A DNA stretch of 64,000 bases from Paraspadella gotoi (taxonomy: Eukaryota; Animalia; Chaetognatha), in contig CM119266.1 in NCBI GenBank assembly GCA_051294375.1, positions 18,222,087 through 18,286,086 of the forward strand, given 5' to 3'. Position numbers and translations under genes: made by a program. A model generated the notes under the pieces. That model had not been told where the DNA came from and did no database searches. It worked only from the letters and a program-made list of their open reading frames with translations. Positions 13,361 through 27,860 of the stretch are shown one piece after another. Positions within the stretch are counted from its first letter, which is position 1; the number at the start of each line of letters is the position of its first letter.

Positions 13361-16300
13361 TCGAATGAAAGGAAAATAAAATAACACTGAGAGAGAGAGA
13401 GGGAGAGAGNNNNNNNNNNNNNNNNNNNNNNNNNNNNNNNNNNNNNNNNNNNNNNNNNNNNNNNNNNNNNNNNNNNNNNNNNNNNNNNNNNNNNNNNNNN
13501 NNNNNNNNNNNNNNNNNNNNNNNNNNNNNNNNNNNNNNNNNNNNNNNNNNNNNNNNNNNNNNNNNNNNNNNNNNNNNNNNNNNNNNNNNNNNNNNNNNNN
13601 NNNNNNNNNNNNNNNNNNNNNNNNNNNNNNNNNNNNNNNNNNNNNNNNNNNNNNNNNNNNNNNNNNNNNNNNNNNCAATGCAAAGGTGTATGGATCGATG
13701 TAAAAATAGATTTTATACATGCCACATTTATAATGTAATTTAATGAACAGTTTGTGCATCTTACGTATCCATGACGAAGCTCCGGTTAATTTTCAGAACG
13801 AGGTTTCGGACCCCGAGCCGTCATGTCTCGTTTTCTTTCGCACATTTTCGAACAAAAACTTAATTGCGTCTAATTAAATAAAATCTTAAGCTACTTTTCT
13901 GCTCCGAAATTCTTTCTCTCGCCGCTGCGNNNNNNNNNNNNNNNNNNNNNNNNNNNNNNNNNNNNNNNNNNNNNNNNNNNNNNNNNNNNNNNNNNNNNNN
14001 NNNNNNNNNNNNNNNNNNNNNNNNNNNNNNNNNNNNNNNNNNNNNNNNNNNNNNNNNNNNNNNNNNNNNNNNNNNNNNNNNNNNNNNNNNNNNNNNNNNN
14101 NNNNNNNNNNNNNNNNNNNNNNNNNNNNNNNNNNNNNNNNNNNNNNNNNNNNNNNNNNNNNNNNNNNNNNNNNNNNNNNNNNNNNNNNNNNNNNNNNNNN
14201 NNNNNNNNNNNNNNNNNAAGGGGCAAGCTTTAAGGTTAAAACCACATTTGTTTTGATTTAGTAGCAGTTTTTGCCTGGAAAGGGGAGAGAGGCGTGGTCT
14301 TCGGAATGCGATTAATTAAGTCTCGCTGAATCAACAAAAAACGGGCTTTTTTATTTCGATACACGACGGGTATAAAAGTTATTTGCATATTTTATGAATA
14401 TTTATCGTTAGCTTTTTTTTTTTTTTTTGTCGCTTATTAATTTTTTTTTTCAAATTAGATTCTACGTTGCTACTTTGTTTTCCGCCCGGACCGAAAGGTC
14501 GTCGTCCGCAGCAGCGCCACCAAATTGAAGCGACGGACGCGGAGATGATTTCGCTCCCAGCGGAAAAGCGGAGGAGGAAGAGGAGGAGGAAAGAAAAAGT
14601 GATGGGAAGAAGAAAGAGGAGGGATGATGAGGAGATATATTATATTAATTATAGGGAAAGAGGAAGAGCAAATAACCCGAGGTCCCCTTGGTCCTCCGAC
14701 AGGCCATTCTTCGTCCACTCGGAAAAATTGGGAAGTCGCGAAAAACCGAAGTTGAATAGATTAAGACGAACAAAGACTATGAAGAAACCAAGTAATACAA
14801 GAATTTGAGTCACACAATGGTTTGGCGCCAAAAATGAATTATAAATGAAAAATGAATAATAAAGCAGAATTAGAGGCATAAAAGCATTCAAGCATTGTTA
14901 TTCCGCAACAAGCACTTTTAGGAAAAAGACGATTGCATGAAAGACGCATTTTTTTTCGTAGGAAGGACCGAGGACACAATTTCGACCATGAAACTTGACT
15001 CTTCGTGACACGGCCGTCGGCGAACAGCCTGATATAGACGCCTCTGTCTCCGACGTCCATGTCATTTTTATCGGTTGTTACGTCTGTTATATAATGGTCC
15101 TGGTTCAATGTTCGTTACAGTCATTGCCTAAAATAAGGTTATTACGTATATTTTAAAGGAGCGTTTACTTTTACTATCACTAATTTAAACCTTTCATGGG
15201 CGTAATTCTAAATATTAAGACAACGACTTTTTTTTTTTCAAAAACCTGAACCGCTGATGGACCGCACAACGCCTTGACAGGAAAAGGGGGCGAATACTAG
15301 ATAGTTATATATTAATAAAATAACAAAGGTAACTGTTAAACTTAAAGAGAAAAAGGGAGAGAAATCACCGCCTCTCGCGACCTCTAAATTAGCGAACTAA
15401 TTACTTTCCATCCATCACCTTTCTCCAACACATTAGCTATTTAACCGCCAGTGAAAACAGAGGCTAATTTGCCAGAATTACTTTCTCCCCGATTGATATT
15501 GTTTGAAAACCAAATTATTTTCGTCTCGAAAAGTGGATGGATATGAAACCTATTGGTAATAGTGATATTAGTGATATGTGTAGGGATCGTTTATATATTT
15601 ACTAGCTCATGACTTATTTAAAAATAAGGTAAAATTTATTTAAAACAAACTATTGAAAGTTTAAAATAATCTTTTTAAAAAAGAGAGAGAAAAATAAGAG
15701 AAGAGGAAAAACCCATCGGAGAAAATAAATAAAAAGAAGAAAACAGAAAAGAAAAAATGAGAAAAATGATTCAGCAAAAAATGGAAAATATAAAAAAAGG
15801 AAAAAAAAGAGGAAAAAAATAGTTACGTATAGGATCCAGGAAGATAAAAAAAATGGGGATGAAGGGGAAAAGAACAAGGAATAGAAAGAAAAGTAGAACA
15901 AGGAAAGAATAGACAAAAAGGAAAATAAGAGAGGTAAGGCTGGAAATACAGAAAGAAAGAAAGAATAAAGAAAGAAAGAAAAAGAGAAAGTAAGAGAGAA
16001 AGAAAGAAAGGAAAGAAAGAACCGGATCGGATCGGAACGAGCTTCGGTTTTGTTGCATCCAACGACAGAAGAAGAAACGCACCTGAAATAACAGAAAGAG
16101 AAGGCGGCTGCTGATGCGTCGCGCGGGCGGCGGCGGCGGCGGTGGCGGTAGTGTCAGGGGCGGAAGAGAGGCGAGAGCAGCGTTGGGAGATAAATCAATT
16201 AAGTCAGCTTTTACTGAAACGGGAGATCGCAAAGTGTGTGCCTTTCTGCGTGCGTTGAAGCTGTGCACGCATTCTCTCTGTCTCTCTCTCTCTCTCCTTC

Positions 16301-16698
16301 TCTCTCTCCCTCTCTCTCTCTCTCTTAGTAAATTTTCTCAGCTTTATCATGGAATCTCCCGTAAACAAAGAAGGGAATTTATTGAAAGGAAAGCGACTCG
16401 ATACGCAGAGAAAGGGAGAAAGGGAGAAAGGGAAGAGAGAGAGAGTGATTCCGGCCAATTAAAATGCAACATCATATGAAGAAGTATTAGCCTCACTCTA
16501 GATTGTTATCAGCCAATCCTTAGCCATGGGATACGATCCTTGGTTTACAAATTGATTCAAGTAATTGAATAATATGGCCAATCTGAGGGCAAGTGATGAA
16601 ACAAATAATATGGAAAGCATAGTATTTAATTTATTGCGCGATTATAAGTGTGGATTATTACTGTTTTACCTCTACCTCATATTATGTCTTTATTGCAA

Positions 16699-17457
16699 TT
16701 TTTAGTCGGATCTGCTTACAGAAGATCCCGACTCTATAATCCACTTTGTCGGTCCGTCGGTCCGCCCCCTCAATTTTGTCGGGCATTCACTTATATCATG
16801 TCAGAACATCGAATTATGATAAATTATTCAAAAAAATGATGTCCAATTGTCCATCCATCCATCTGTCTGTCTGTCCATCCATCCGTCCATCCGTCCATCC
16901 CCCCTTAGCAAAAAAATTCAATTACTCTTGTTTGGATGGATTGATTGGATTGAAATTTTGTGTGTGGGTAGGAAAGTGTGTGATTGAGCTGGATGAAATC
17001 GTGCAAGTGGAAATGAGTTTAAACGCCAATTACTCATGAGTGGAAGGGGTGATTGACTTGAAATTTTGTATATTATTAGGAAAGTGTGTGATTAAGCTGG
17101 AAATCAAGTTTCGATAGAATCAATTTATTATTCAATAAATCTATTCATTTATCTATTAATTAATTATTCAATCAATCAATTTATTTATCAATTAATCAAT
17201 TATTAAATCAATAAATTAATTATTTAATCAATCAATCAATCAAGCAATCAATCCAGTTAATCGTTATTGGCATTATTGTCGTCGTCCTCATCATTGTCGT
17301 CGTTGCTTTTGTCGTGGTCAGTGACGAAAAGACCTAAAAACAAACATTTTGGATCAAATTAATTAACTAATTGCCGAATTAATTAACTTGAAATAATAAA
17401 TTAATTAATTACCGATAATGATCGTGGGCAGATCCGACATTGTTTGCTCAAATTATT
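16699..17457 (+). mobile_element. Non-autonomous Helentron-like (HINE/DINE-type) element
   Basis: T-run then GTCGGATCTGC (16705) and inverted GCAGATCCGAC (17428) subterminal repeats; internal (CCAT/CTGT/CCGT)n microsatellite and duplicated GATTG..TTGAAATTTTGT motif. The same 3' end recurs inverted at 32602-32634. Confidence 0.6.
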
Positions 17458-18676
17458 GACAATGCTCTGGCTTGAAAGCTGCCTCATGTTTCTCAACAAT
17501 TACATCAAGACAGTTACAGTTTTTCACAGTTTTGGAAGCGACCAAATTTACTCATAACTGCCACATCTTCTCCGGCATACATAGATTCATAGTTGCTACG
17601 TTTTCTCCAGATATCACGGTTTAAAGGTTGCCACAAGGTCCCCCGCTGTCGACATCCGCTTCGCTTCCCGATTCTTTTCCGCTTCGCGAAATCCGATTGG
17701 TAGAAACGAAGAGGAAGAAAAAAAAATCCGGCGATCTGATTGGCGGAAACGGAAGGTCATTCATCCAATCAGCCGCATCGCCGATTTCCAATGGAGGAAT
17801 AAAATGAAAAAAAAAAAAGAATAATCGAATTTAATCCTCTCCATTGCAAAATGCCGGGCGAGAAGGATAAAAGGGGGTGAGGGGAGAGTGAAAGAGAAAG
17901 AAAAGAGTGAAAGAGAAAAGAAAAGTAAGAGTTGAAAGAAGGAATGGTGGGGGGGGGAGTTGGATCGATCACGTGACTCTCGATGCGGATTTCTCTGATC
18001 GTTGAGGGGAAAGGAATGCGATTATGAGTGCGGGGGGGGGGGGGTTTGAATGGAAAGAATGGGGGTAGGGGGTGAAAATGGGTGGAGGAGAAATATGGTA
18101 GGGATGAAATAGAGTAGGAGTGACTGAAAGTGAGTAAGGAGAACAGATGGCGCAAGATATTAGAAAAACTTGGGACAAATAAAGGAGGAAAGGGATAAAA
18201 AAAAGGTAGAGGGCGATACTAATTGCTGTTGCTTTTTCGCTTAATCTCAATGTTGATAATAAAGTGACGAAATACAAATCCTGTCCAAAGTTCGAACAAG
18301 ATACATGCAGCTTGTTTACTGGTTGTACTAATTTCGTATGTCATACAACTCATACGTATATCAAACAACTTGTATCTCTTTTCGCACTGACATTGTACAT
18401 TGTACAATCCCTAATCCATAATATCTACCATCTCCACATCCATCTGTAATTCCCCTTCAATCATCTTCTCTACCATCTGCGTCGTCGTCGTCCGCAAAAT
18501 CGAGTTAAACGCCGCAGCGACGTCGGCGGAAGGCGGTGGAAACTCCATTGAACAAAATCAACAAAAGAGCAATCGAGGGAGAAAAAGAGAGAGAGACTTT
18601 TTTATCGGAAAAATGGGAGAAAGAGAGAGAAAGAAGAGAAGAGGAGACGAGAGAGGAGAGAGAGAGCAGAGAAGAG

Positions 18677-18716
<40 letters not shown>

Positions 18717-20073
18717 TATTAAATTTATTCATGTGTGAAATGAAATGAAACTCGGAAAGAACTTGAATTTGGTGAAGCGAACGACAAAAACTTCCGTCGG
18801 TTTTTTGAATTAAAAAAAAAAGTTTCGTCATCCAAATTGAAAAAGCAAATTGAGATGTGGGGAATAAACCATTTAGACGATGTATACTTTTAAGGAATTA
18901 TGCGTAAAAAGAATTGGCAAATAAAAAAGAAAATTAGTTATAAATTATGAAAGATGAAGTTGAGACGACTAAAAAAAGACAAGGATTTCAGACAAAAGGA
19001 AAAAAACTATTAATCTTCTTTGAAATCGCGAGATTGAAAAAAAAGGAGAATGAAAAAGTGAGAGAAAAAAAGGCCACTGATAAAAACCTGCCAACTCAAC
19101 ATGTATGTAATCGTTGTATAAACATTCCTTGATGGTTTTTCAAAGATTATAAGTAAGATTTTTCGAAGTCTGTTTTCTTTATCATTTTTTTCTTCTTCTT
19201 CCTTTCTAATTTTGAAATATTTTTTTCTTTCTTTTTTAAAATCTCTTTTTTTCTTTTAGGGAGAAGAAATAAACAACCAATATAAAAATTATCCATTGTT
19301 TCAATAAATAAGATAATAACCTATCTTGCCCGTGAATTAGGACACGCAACGGTAGGTTAAGGACCCAACCCAGAAAAAGCACAGAAATAAAGAGAACAAG
19401 AAAGAAGCAAAGAAATATAAATTAAAAAAAATTGAATATAAAGAAAGAAAGAAATAGAAAGAAAGAAAGAAATAGAAAGTAACTCGTATAAAGAAACCGA
19501 ATTATAAATCGAGAGGCAAAAATGATTCGTCGGTTAGGAATTTAATGGGAAAACATATGGATTGTATTTCGAGCTTCTTTTNNNNNNNNNNNNNNNNNNN
19601 NNNNNNTCCTTTCTCTCTCCCTCTCTCTTTCTCTCTCTCTCTCTTCTCTCTCTTCTCTGCTCTGCTTCTCTCCTGCCTTCACTCTCTACTGTCTCTCCCT
19701 TCTTTCATATAAATTCCTTGACTCTTCTGTCCTTCGGGTAGAAAAATTAAATGAATTTTCGATTTGTATTATTGGTACAAAGAGATTTCATGAAATATTT
19801 CTTTATCATTCATGGGAGCGAAGAAGAGGAGAAGATAGAATAGAAAAAGAAGAGAATGGTGTAAGAGAGGAAGGAGAGACGAGAGAGACAGAGAGGATAG
19901 AGAGAGAAGAGAGGAGAGGAGGAAAGGGAGAGAGAGAGGGAGAAGAAGAAGAGATGTAGGGAAGGTGAGCAGCAATTAAGGAGGAGGAAAAAGGAATCAG
20001 TAAAGATGAAGAGGAACAGAGGCAAAAGAATATTAATGAGAAGAAAGAGAAGAAAGAAAAGAAAGAAAAGAAG

Positions 20074-20104
<31 letters not shown>

Positions 20105-21173
20105 AAAAGATATAAAGGGGTGGGAGTGGAGAAAGAAAGGGGAGTAAGTTCGAAGGATAGAGAGTCTAGAGTTTAAAGGAGAGAAGAAACGAGAGAAAGA
20201 GAGGGAGAGGGAGAAAGAGAGGGAGAGGGAGAGAAGGGGGGAATAATATCGCCTGGAGATTTTTATGAAAATCGATAGTTTCGACCCAATGACCTTCGGA
20301 GGCGAGAAAGGAGGAAGAGGAATAAAGAGGGAAGAGGAAGTGAGGGAGGAGTGGGGGGGAGAAGGAAGGGAGAGAGGGAAGGAGGAAAGAAAAGTAGAAG
20401 GAGAGCGAGAAGGGATTATATGGAGAAACGAGAAATACTTTAAGGTCGTTTGGATGGAGACGTGATATGAGATCGGGTTTGTGTGTCGAGACGACATCCT
20501 CAGACAAAATCACCGCGGGGGTGAAAAGGCTCAGACTTATCCCTGACTCTCTCTCTCTCGCTCTCTCTCTCTTTCTTTCTCTCTCTCTCTGTGTCTCTCT
20601 CTCAGACTACGTTGACCCTAAATTCGCTCTCACTGACCTAAGATCACTTTTCATTGAATTTTGCGATCTATTTAATTTCCTTTATCGACAACAGAGGGAA
20701 AATTTAGAAAAGAAGAAAACACTAAAGATAAAAGGTTTTAATTTTGATAGTAAGGAAGAGAATAAGTCACTTCTAGACAATATTATTCAGCAATCTGATT
20801 TTTTCTATTTTTTTTCACTATGCACTGAAGGATTTTAAAATAAGTAAAGCCAGTTTATTCAGCAAAAAATTGAAGAAAAAAATCTTTTTTTTTTCATTGA
20901 GAAATTTTCGTTGGCAGATCAATAATCTAAATTCGGAAAACTTTGAAAAGAAAAAAAAATGTAAAATTAATATTGTGATAGAACTATGCTGCATTCGTCT
21001 TCTCTCTTTCTAGTTTGTTGTTGTTAAAGAAAGTGATGTTGTTGTCGTTGTGGTTCTTGATTTTGTTGTTATTGTCATTCCGCTCCCATCTTTCCAAGTT
21101 TTCTTAACCTTCGTCGACCCAAAAAAAAAAATGTTTCTTCGATTTTGACCCAAAGGATCAAATTTCGACTTCG

Positions 21174-21220
<47 letters not shown>

Positions 21221-21425
21221 AGATGATCTAGCGATGATGACGACGATGATAACAACGACACTGTGACAACAACAACGACGACGACAACGAAGAGTCTTCC
21301 AGGATTTCGTTTGTGATGATTGGAAATCGAGACGCGAAAATTCGACGACAACAACAAGGACAACAACGACGACAACAAAAGTATCGCCGTCGAATCAGGA
21401 GGGACTGAGGACGATCGTAACCAGA

Positions 21426-21467
<42 letters not shown>

Positions 21468-21986
21468 GCTTTGAATGTAAACTAACAACCAAAACAAAAT
21501 GTTGTTTAGAGTGAAAACATATTGAGTCTGGACAATGACCGTTGGAGGAAAGGTAAGACGATACAAAGTGACCAACGGGATGAGAAAGATGATGATGATG
21601 ATGATGATGATAATGAAGATAACATGAAATTGGTACAAGGAATAAGTTTTAATTGTACCATTAAGGTATAGATTCACAAGCAATGACAAAAAAAAAAAGA
21701 TTGTCCAATACGCGCGAATATTCTTTTTTTTTATTTCGTTAATTCTATTTTCTTCTTGTTTCATTACTTCACCACAAAAGATTTTCTTGCTCATTGAATC
21801 GATTCTCTGCTGGAAACAACTCGAGGTTTTCATCAAAGAAAGAAGAAAAGAAAAAAAAGAAGAACAGAAAAGAATGAAAAGGAAAATATCGCCACTTCTC
21901 TCTCTCTCTCTCTTTTCTCTTTTAGAAAGACCGCCTATAAAAAGGGAGCCCGGGGTAACAGAGGGAGAGAAAGAAAGAGAGAAAAA

Positions 21987-22090
<104 letters not shown>

Positions 22091-25000
22091 GAGTAAGAGA
22101 GAGACGCGTCCTGGTTGTTTGTTTATCGTCGTTGTATACATTTTCCTTTTCGCTCAAAAAAAAAAAAAAAAAATCAGCCAAAGAAAAAAAAAATAAAAAT
22201 AAGAATCCCTCATCCTTTCTTTAAGGATTCTTCCTCACCCCGATCCTTAGTCCTTACCCACGAAAAACAGAGTGAAAGTGCCCCGCAGCCATCGCGGTTC
22301 GACCCTCATCTTCCAGCGCCTTACCTTTTCATCCTCTTGCTCCTCCTCCTCCTCCTCCTCCTCCTTACCGAAAGCCTGGATGATCTTTTGTCGGCGACGA
22401 TTTTGTGAAAACAATCGTAACCCTCATTGTATATTGTATTGTAGCGCATTGTGTTTGTGTCCAAACTGGAGATTTGCTGTCGTTGTTATTGTTGTTGTCT
22501 TAAACAAAAAATCGCCGACGGGAAAGTAAATGGTTGGTTGGATACGAAAAAAAAAAAAAATTGATTGGAATTAATTGGGTTGAAATTTATTGATAGAACC
22601 AAATTATTTTCTTAAAAAGAAAACGGTGACACGAAATCTCAATCTAAGGAATCGTTCCACTGGGATTTCCAGTGATGTATAATTTCTTCACCTTCTTCTC
22701 AATCAGAATTCACACCCCATCAAATTTTTCGTCTCGTGAAAGTCGATTGACGTGTTTTCCGCAAAAATGAATTCACTGTCATTCCTACTCCCCTTCCTCC
22801 TGAGACACCGCTCTTTTTCCTTTCACATCCTCCCTTTCACAATTATTTCCACCCTTCTTTCACAACTCATTCACTCCCCCTTTGCTTCCTATGTCCCATA
22901 ATACTTCACTGGTGTTTTCCTCCTCCTCCTCCTCCTCTAACTTCCTTCTAATCGCAACTCCTTTCTAAAACCACAAATATCTCTCACCCCCAACATTAAC
23001 TAACCTTTTTCGCCACTCCCTCCAACCCCACCACTGTTTTCCTTACTTCTAGGCACTTTTGGAAAATATGGCCTCCCCCNNNNNNNNNNNNNNNNNNNNN
23101 NNNNNNNNNNNNNNNNNNNNNNNNNNNNNNNNNNNNNNNNNNNNNNNNNNNNNNNNNNNNNNNNNNNNNNNNNNNNNNNNNNNNNNNNNNNNNNNNNNNN
23201 NNNNNNNNNNNNNNNNNNNNNNNNNNNNNNNNNNNNNNNCCGCCTTTGATCCACCGCCGCCGAACGCGTCGTAAAGCCGCTGCAGCGGAAGACGGCTGCG
23301 GAACTCAGCAGCGGCTACAGCAGCAGCAAACGCATCGGAATACTATTCGGAAAAGTATCGTCAACGAAAAAAATAGAGCGGGGCAAGATAAACAAAAAAA
23401 TTTGGCTGTGATGTATTTTTATTGTAACATTGTAACGATAGAGTCGGTAGCCGAATCGAAATCTTGAACTCGGTTTTTGGTTTCCTTTTCCTATTTCGGT
23501 CATTCGATCGCTCGAATCGCCACCGAATCTGACTTCCTCTCTGTCACTCCCTCTCTCTTCTTCCATTCTCTCTCTCTCTCCCCCTTCCATCCAACCTCTG
23601 TCTCTCCCTCTCTCTCTCTGCCGCGCGTATCGTTTTAATCCTCTCNNNNNNNNNNNNNNNNNNNNNNNNNNNNNNNNNNNNNNNNNNNNNNNNNNNNNNN
23701 NNNNNNNNNNNNNNNNNNNNNNNNNNNNNNNNNNNNNNNNNNNNNNTCTCTCTCTCTCTCTCGTCGGCGATGAGTGTAATCACGCGCCCTCGTCGCTTAT
23801 TTCCCTGCAAATATGATATCTGCGATTGATAAGTGTGACGGTTTCCGAATGTTGACGCCTGAAAAATAACTCCTTTTGTCAGATTGATACGTTTAAATTT
23901 TTTTTGAGGATGAAGTTGCTATTGCTACCCGAGTATTTTTGACTTGACTATTAGAGTTCGCTTAATTTTTTGGTTAGGATAAATTGTACTAGTAGTCAGG
24001 AATCCAGTCGCACATGTCTTTTTTTCTACATAAAGTCAATTAAAAGAGCAGCCCCNNNNNNNNNNNNNNNNNNNNNNNNNNNNNNNNNNNNNNNNNNNNN
24101 NNNNNNNNNNNNNNNNNNNNNNNNNNNNNNNNNNNNNNNNNNNNNNNNNNNNNNNNNNNNNNNNNNNNNNNNNNNNNNNNNNNNNNNNNNNNNNNNNNNN
24201 NNNNNNNNNNNNNNNNNNNNNNNNNNNNNNNNNNNNNNNNNNNNNNNNNNNNNNNNNNNNNNNNNNNNNNNNNNNNNNNNNNNNNNNNNNNNNNNNNNNG
24301 AGAGAGAGAGAGAGAGAGAGAGAGATTAGCGAAGAGAAAAGGCGATTGAGGGAGGAGCGAAGTTTGATTGATTAGAAGATACGTAAACGAGACCTTAAAA
24401 TGAAATGTTTTTGTTAATATATATATATATATATATATAATTCTTCATATATATATTGAAAGATTGTAAAAGCTTTACCCTCTGTTATCAACAGTATTTC
24501 CGAAGATCACAAAAACATTCATTATATAAAACTATTCTTTTAACATGTACCTATATATGAAAATTTGCAAAATACTTTGTTTCACTAATTTTCTATTTTT
24601 CATATAATATTTTAATATTTTTATGAAGGATTTAGTATTTAATCTATATTATTTAATCAAAACATATATTGCTTTCTTTTTTAAAAATGTTTTATTTATA
24701 TAATAATTCAATTTGGGAAGGGAAGTCAGTGTTGTCTTCTGGAAATAGAGGGAGCATCTATACAACACAAGGTTAGATTACTATCTTGTCCTAGTTTTCT
24801 AATAGATATCACACATCATTTCTGTTTAGAAAGTCATTAATGAAAAATCATAATATCTAAGAGGCTGAACAGAAAGGGGTGTGGGAATGGATAATTTTTT
24901 GAGGGGACCAACGTTATATATGATTTTTTTTTACCAATAGGGATAAGACTACCATGTAGAATTGTATGTTCTGATAGGGATACATACTGGGGAAAGGTCT

Positions 25001-26069
25001 ATAGGGGCACCTTTATGCTCATGAATATAATTTTAAAATACTTTAATGAAAATTTTATTTTTTCTTTATCCTATTTTTTAATTATTTCTTTTTTGAATAT
25101 TTTTATCTTTTATGTTTACAATGGGAGGTCATCAGTTGGGAACCTATACCCTTCATGGATTTCGGCTCTTTAATCCCAAATTTTATTTTATTTTATTTTA
25201 TTTTATATTTTTTTATCTTTTAACAATTTTAAAAGTGAAAGAGTGTTTCGATCGCGGACGGCAGTTCTTAGCTCAGGAGGGCAAGGAGCAATTTAGAGGA
25301 AGGGGTGTTACCACTCTAGATCTCGGCGGGAAAAAGGGTGGAGCGACCGACAGGGTGGAGCCAAGAGGAGAAGGAGTGGGAGGAGTCGAGACGAAGGAGG
25401 AGGAGAGAGAGATTTTGAACCCGAGGAGGAAAATAGATGAGGACCTTCGAGAGGAGAATGAAAAGGTCAGAAGAGGAGAATATAAAGAGAAGAACGAATA
25501 AAAGTTGATAATGATTGACGGTTAATTAATTTCAACGCGGAGTAATTCGAACGTAAACGATCGAACGCAAATTCGTTCACAGTTTGTGAAATCACGTGAT
25601 TAACGTTTAGTTTAAATGATCGAAACAAAAATTCGGAAAAGAACATTATAGGTACAAACTCATTCTCAAGGTACAGAAGTTATCTATTAATGAGAGTAAT
25701 TTAGATAATAATAAAATTATCTGGGATTTTATGCACAGAATTTTCAAATTATGTTACAAAAATTTAAATGCTACAAAATAACATTTAATAATCTAACAAA
25801 ATTAATACAAACTATATTAAATATCATAGATTATATACATCTTCGAATCACGATAAATAAAATAAAAACATAAAACTCGATTTTCTCTCTCTATTTTTCA
25901 CCCCCTGTCCGAAAAGACCCCAACCGGGTATTCGGACTCCCCCTCCAACAAAATTTGATCAGAGATTCGGAGTTGCGTGCATAGGGAAAAAGGGCCCAAA
26001 AAAAGCCGGAGAGGCCAAGGGCGAAACCTGCCCTTCGAATTCTCTCCCTTTCAGCCTAAAATAACATGG

Positions 26070-26153
<84 letters not shown>

Positions 26154-27629
26154 CTGACTCTCGGGCCTAAAGCGACCTGTAAGAAATGAAAATATTATTT
26201 TAGCTTCGGTGGCCGGCAGAAGAAAAACCTTCGGCCAAATTAGAAATTTCTCTCTCTCTCTCTCTTTCCGTATTCGATGGTTGTCACGAAAAGAGAGAAG
26301 TCGAAGAGAAATCTTAAAATTGTCAGTAAAAATGTCTACAAAACTAGTAAATCATCAAGCTTCTCGTGCTTTTGGTCTTAATAAGTAAAAAGCAACGTGT
26401 CGATTTATCGCCCATCGCCATCCTTCCACTGAAAAAAAAAAGATCCGAGGCGGGGCGGAGTTTTTAACTTTTTTAAGGGCGGGTTTAACCAAATATTTTC
26501 TTTCAAACTTCCTCTTTTCCATCTCTTTCTCCCTCCCCTCCCCATCTTCCCTTCGAACGCCTTGGTTTTCATTAAATCCGCGTTAATTATCTGATTTCCC
26601 TTTCGAAGGTGAAAATTTGAGGGGGAAAAAAAAAAGATCGGTCTTTCGTTGGTTTCGATCTCCGGACCATTCGTGCTTCGGCGTTCGATTTATTTTTAGT
26701 TAACGGAAACTGGAAGCGTAACTTATTAAACTCATAAACTTCCGTTACAATTTAATTTTTTACCTTCGCCTACGATCGACGTCGAAATAATAATAAAAAA
26801 AAAGGAATTAAAAACTCATCGCGAGTTTAAAATCCCGCTCGACTTACCTCGGCCTTCGAACACCGCCGGGGTTTATATAAAGACTAGAAAGCAATGGTGC
26901 GAGAGAGATAGGGACTAAGGGAGAGAGCGAGCGCCGGCCTCCCTCTCTCTCTCTTTTTGCTTTCATGAGCAACATTTTCTGTTTTTCTAAACTTATCGAA
27001 ACAAGATTTTTGTTGTTTTTGTTCATTTACCTTGGCTGCCCCGTTGTTTTGTTTTTGTGGGTCTGGTGTTTACTAACAAATCGGCGGTGGTTGTTCTCAT
27101 AAAAATTGGCAGGAAAGACGAGCAATCGGATTTGTGTTTACAGAAATCACATCGGATGTGTAAAAGTTAATGGGGGGGAAAAACAAGCGATGATAGTAGA
27201 GTTTTTTCTTGTTTGGAGATGGAGACTTTTATTGACAGTCGGTCAATAAAAGTACGCATTTCGGTCTTCTTCTTTTCGTGTTATCGTCGCGGTTCTTTAT
27301 TATTTTCAGGGCACCCGCTCTTTTAAATATTCATAGGCATGTTTGATAACTACAAACAAAGATTAAAACATGGTCTCCCTGCTAGTAAGACTAGGCAGGG
27401 TAACTTTACTATTCGACGTCCGCAACCAACCTTAGGAACCACCGGTCGGTGCTTTGTTAATCCATTTAATTTTGATTTCTCTCCAGCGTCGAGTCTCACT
27501 TTGCGCAATAATATACTTTTTTTTTGCTCAGTAATACAAATTTTATAATTCTATAATAAATAATTTTAAATTTATTTTAATTGCTATTTTTATGTTTGAG
27601 GTAGAAAATGCATTGTTTGTTTACGTACG

Positions 27630-27860
27630 AGTTTTTTAAAGAAACAAATTTCGGACATGTTTCAGCTTCAACGTAAGCCTTCATCAGCGGAAAAACGAAT
27701 TGATTTGTGAAACAAATATTTTCACAGACTTTTTCTCTCGCTCTTGCTTCAAACTTATAAAAATATTTTTTTCACAAATCAATTCGTTTTTGCGCTGATG
27801 GAGGTTTACATTGAAGCCGAAACATGTCTGTTTTGTATTAAAAATAAAATCGTTGTCGAA
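27630..27860. mobile_element. Fold-back element with two inverted minimal hammerhead motifs (Penelope-like element remnant)
   Basis: Arms ~27654-27720 and ~27762-27828. Minus arm: CTGATGA-A-GGCTT-ACGTTG-AAGCT-GAAAC-AT-GTC. Plus arm: CTGATGG-A-GGTTT-ACATTG-AAGCC-GAAAC-AT-GTC. Confidence 0.65.
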
